DNA of 64,000 nucleotides from Escherichia coli (GTDB lineage Bacteria; Pseudomonadota; Gammaproteobacteria; Enterobacterales; Enterobacteriaceae): NCBI RefSeq assembly GCF_002854065.1, contig NZ_CP024147.1; one strand, 5' to 3'. Shown piece by piece: positions 61,007 to 64,000 of this stretch (position 1 is its first letter; each line of letters starts with the position of its first letter). The notes under the pieces were generated by a model. It saw only the letters and a program-made list of their open reading frames with translations, ran no database searches and was not told where the DNA came from. The position numbers and the translations under genes were made by a program.

Positions 61007-61860
61007 GCGAAACTTTTTTCCATCTGCTGGGGCCAGGAACGCAACCGAACGATGACAGTTTCAGCATGAATCCACTGCCGATCACCTGTCAGGTGAATGA
61101 TGAACCGAGTATGGCAGCCCTGGAGCAATGTGCTCACAGCCCGCAGGTGATTGCGCTGTTAAACGAGTTACAACATAAACTAAGCGAACGCCAGCCGCCG
61201 TTGGGCGAGGTGCTGGCAGTCGATCTGTTAAATCTCAATGCCGACGATCGTCACTTTATCAATACGCTTCTCGGGGAAGGGGAAGTGTCAGTGCGCATTC
61301 AGCAGGCTGACGACAGTGAAAGTGAAATACAGGAGGCGATCTTCTGCGGATTATGGCGGGTGCGCAGACGTCGCGGCGAAAAGTTGCTGGAGGACAAACT
61401 GGAGGCTGGCTGCGCGCCGCTGGCGTTGTGGCAGGCGGCAACGCAAAATCTCTTGCCGACAGATTCGCTGTTACCGCCGCCCATTGATGGCCTGATGAAT
61501 GGCCTACCGTTGGCGCATGAGTTACTGGCGCATGTACGTAACCCCGACGCGCAGCCGCACAGCATTAATCTGACGCAATTACCCATCAGCGAGGCTGATC
61601 GGCTTTTTCTCTCACGTCTCTGTGGGCCGGGAAATATTCAGATTCGTACCATTGGCTATGGCGAGAGCTATATCAACGCCACGGGGTTACGCCATGTCTG
61701 GCATTTACGCTGTACGGACACCTTAAAAGGCCCTTTACTGGAAAGTTATGAAATCTGCCCAATACCGGAAGTGGTGCTGGCAGCGCCAGAAGATTTGGTC
61801 GACTCTGCGCAGCGGCTTAGCGAGGTATGTCAGTGGCTGGCGGAAGCTGCACCGACGTAA
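61003..61860 (+). CDS. hyaF: Hydrogenase 1 operon protein HyaF, 285 aa
   Basis: ATG at 61003 gives [18 protein letters not shown]...; ATGA overlap with hyaE; track start is 20 codons upstream. Confidence 0.9.
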
Positions 61861-61993
61861 AAAGACGGTAAGTATCGCTTTCAGTCTTATGAATATCGCA
61901 ATCGGCGAATACCTCTGGTCGTAGAGTTTCAGGATAAAGAGGGAGATCTACCATTATCGGGTTATTTTTCTCTCTTCGCCTACAGGAGTGCGC

Positions 61994-63538
61994 ATGTGGG
62001 ATGTCATTGATTTATCGCGCTGGCAGTTTGCGCTGACCGCGCTGTATCACTTTTTATTTGTACCCCTTACCCTGGGGCTGATTTTTTTGCTGGCTATCAT
62101 GGAAACCATTTACGTGGTCACCGGCAAAACAATCTACCGCGATATGACGCGCTTCTGGGGTAAGCTCTTCGGTATCAACTTTGCTCTTGGCGTGGCTACC
62201 GGCCTGACCATGGAGTTTCAGTTTGGTACTAACTGGTCATTCTATTCCAACTATGTGGGCGATATTTTTGGCGCACCGCTGGCGATGGAAGCATTAATGG
62301 CCTTCTTCCTCGAATCCACCTTTGTCGGGCTGTTCTTCTTCGGCTGGCAACGGCTGAATAAATACCAGCACCTGCTGGTGACGTGGCTGGTGGCGTTCGG
62401 TTCAAATCTCTCTGCATTGTGGATATTGAATGCCAACGGTTGGATGCAATACCCGACCGGTGCGCATTTTGATATCGACACCCTGCGTATGGAGATGACC
62501 AGCTTCAGCGAGCTGGTCTTTAACCCGGTCAGCCAGGTGAAATTTGTGCACACCGTAATGGCGGGCTACGTGACCGGGGCCATGTTTATTATGGCGATCA
62601 GCGCCTGGTATTTACTGCGCGGACGGGAGCGCGATGTCGCATTACGCTCGTTTGCCATCGGTTCCGTCTTCGGTACTCTGGCGATTATTGGCACGCTGCA
62701 ACTCGGAGACAGTTCTGCGTATGAAGTCGCGCAAGTACAACCGGTAAAACTGGCGGCGATGGAAGGGGAGTGGCAAACGGAACCTGCACCTGCACCGTTC
62801 CATGTGGTTGCCTGGCCGGAACAGGATCAAGAGCGTAACGCCTTTGCCATCAAAATTCCCGCGCTGCTAGGGATCCTCGCCACTCACTCATTAGATAAAC
62901 CCGTGCCGGGTCTGAAGAATTTGATGGCTGAAACCTACCCACGCTTGCAACGCGGACGTATGGCCTGGCTGTTAATGCAGGAAATATCGCAAGGCAATCG
63001 TGAGCCGCATGTGTTGCAGGCATTCCGGGAGCTGGAAGGCGACCTGGGCTACGGCATGTTGCTCTCCCGCTATGCGCCGGATATGAATCATGTCACAGCC
63101 GCACAGTACCAGGCGGCGATGCGTGGCGCGATACCTCAGGTTGCGCCGGTATTCTGGAGTTTCCGCATCATGGTGGGCTGTGGTTCCCTGCTGCTACTGG
63201 TGATGCTTATTGCGCTTGTCCAGACGCTGCGTGGCAAAATCGACCAGCATCGCTGGGTGCTGAAAATGGCGCTCTGGAGTTTGCCGTTGCCGTGGATTGC
63301 GATTGAAGCCGGGTGGTTTATGACCGAGTTTGGTCGTCAGCCGTGGGCGATACAGGACATCTTACCGACATACTCCGCGCACTCCGCCTTAACCACAGGA
63401 CAACTGGCTTTCTCACTGATCATGATCGTAGGGCTTTACACCCTGTTCTTAATCGCCGAAGTCTACCTGATGCAGAAATATGCCCGTCTGGGGCCGAGCG
63501 CGATGCAGAGTGAACAACCGACGCAGCAACAGGGGTAA
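61994..63538 (+). CDS. appC: Cytochrome bd-II oxidase subunit I AppC (CbdA), 514 aa
   Basis: ATG at 61994 gives [29 protein letters not shown]... Confidence 0.93.
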   Translation: MWDVIDLSRWQFALTALYHFLFVPLTLGLIFLLAIMETIYVVTGKTIYRDMTRFWGKLFGINFALGVATGLTMEFQFGTNWSFYSNYVGDIFGAPLAMEALMAFFLESTFVGLFFFGWQRLNKYQHLLVTWLVAFGSNLSALWILNANGWMQYPTGAHFDIDTLRMEMTSFSELVFNPVSQVKFVHTVMAGYVTGAMFIMAISAWYLLRGRERDVALRSFAIGSVFGTLAIIGTLQLGDSSAYEVAQVQPVKLAAMEGEWQTEPAPAPFHVVAWPEQDQERNAFAIKIPALLGILATHSLDKPVPGLKNLMAETYPRLQRGRMAWLLMQEISQGNREPHVLQAFRELEGDLGYGMLLSRYAPDMNHVTAAQYQAAMRGAIPQVAPVFWSFRIMVGCGSLLLLVMLIALVQTLRGKIDQHRWVLKMALWSLPLPWIAIEAGWFMTEFGRQPWAIQDILPTYSAHSALTTGQLAFSLIMIVGLYTLFLIAEVYLMQKYARLGPSAMQSEQPTQQQG

Positions 63539-63549
63539 AGGAGAAAATC

Positions 63550-64000
63550 ATGTTTGATTATGAAACATTGCGCTTCATCTGGTGGCTGCTGATTGGCGTG
63601 ATCCTGGTGGTCTTTATGATCTCCGACGGATTTGACATGGGGATTGGCTGTTTGCTGCCGCTGGTGGCGCGTGATGATGATGAACGCCGGATAGTGATTA
63701 ATAGCGTTGGTGCGCACTGGGAAGGCAATCAGGTCTGGTTGATCCTCGCAGGTGGGGCATTATTTGCCGCCTGGCCCAGAGTGTATGCAGCGGCGTTTTC
63801 CGGCTTTTATGTGGCGATGATCCTGGTGCTGTGCTCGCTGTTCTTCCGCCCGCTGGCCTTTGATTATCGCGGAAAAATCGCCGATGCACGCTGGCGTAAA
63901 ATGTGGGATGCCGGTCTGGTCATCGGCAGTCTGGTGCCGCCGGTAGTCTTCGGTATCGCCTTCGGCAACTTGTTGCTCGGCGTGCCGTTTGCCTTCACAC
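63550..64000 (+). CDS. appB: Cytochrome bd-II oxidase subunit II AppB (CbdB), 5' part; runs off the window end (absent from ORF track)
   Basis: ATG at 63550 preceded by AGGAG; translation [31 protein letters not shown]... open to position 64000. Confidence 0.85.
   Translation, partial: MFDYETLRFIWWLLIGVILVVFMISDGFDMGIGCLLPLVARDDDERRIVINSVGAHWEGNQVWLILAGGALFAAWPRVYAAAFSGFYVAMILVLCSLFFRPLAFDYRGKIADARWRKMWDAGLVIGSLVPPVVFGIAFGNLLLGVPFAFT

Overview
This window reads as an Escherichia coli-type enterobacterial chromosome segment of conserved core genes, colinear with the mukB-to-app region of the reference map. I found no CRISPR array, prophage, defence island or other previously undescribed system. 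Gene order: mukB (3' part), ldtD, mepK, ycbL, aspC, ompF, asnS, pncB, pepN, ssuEADCB, the elf/ycb chaperone-usher fimbrial operon, pyrD, zapC, ycbX, rlmL, uup, pqiABC, rmf, fabA, ycbZ, matP, ompA, sulA, sxy, yccS, yccF, helD, mgsA, yccT, yccU, hspQ, rlmI, yccX, tusE, yccA, tRNA-Ser, hyaABCDEF, appC, appB (5' part). The one mobile element is a complete 1331-bp IS2 copy inserted in the fimbrial usher gene elfC, flanked by a 5-bp direct repeat (CCATC). OmpA carries surface-loop substitutions and a 4-codon loop-3 insertion relative to the K-12 protein as I recall it, so the strain is probably not K-12. Two genes are absent from the supplied ORF track: rmf (55 codons, below the apparent length cut-off) and the 5' part of appB (runs off the window end). 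Several track ORFs start at upstream GTG/TTG codons; I moved those starts to the internal ATG that matches the known protein N-terminus. All identifications rest on reading the translated ORFs and recalling the proteins; no database search was run.
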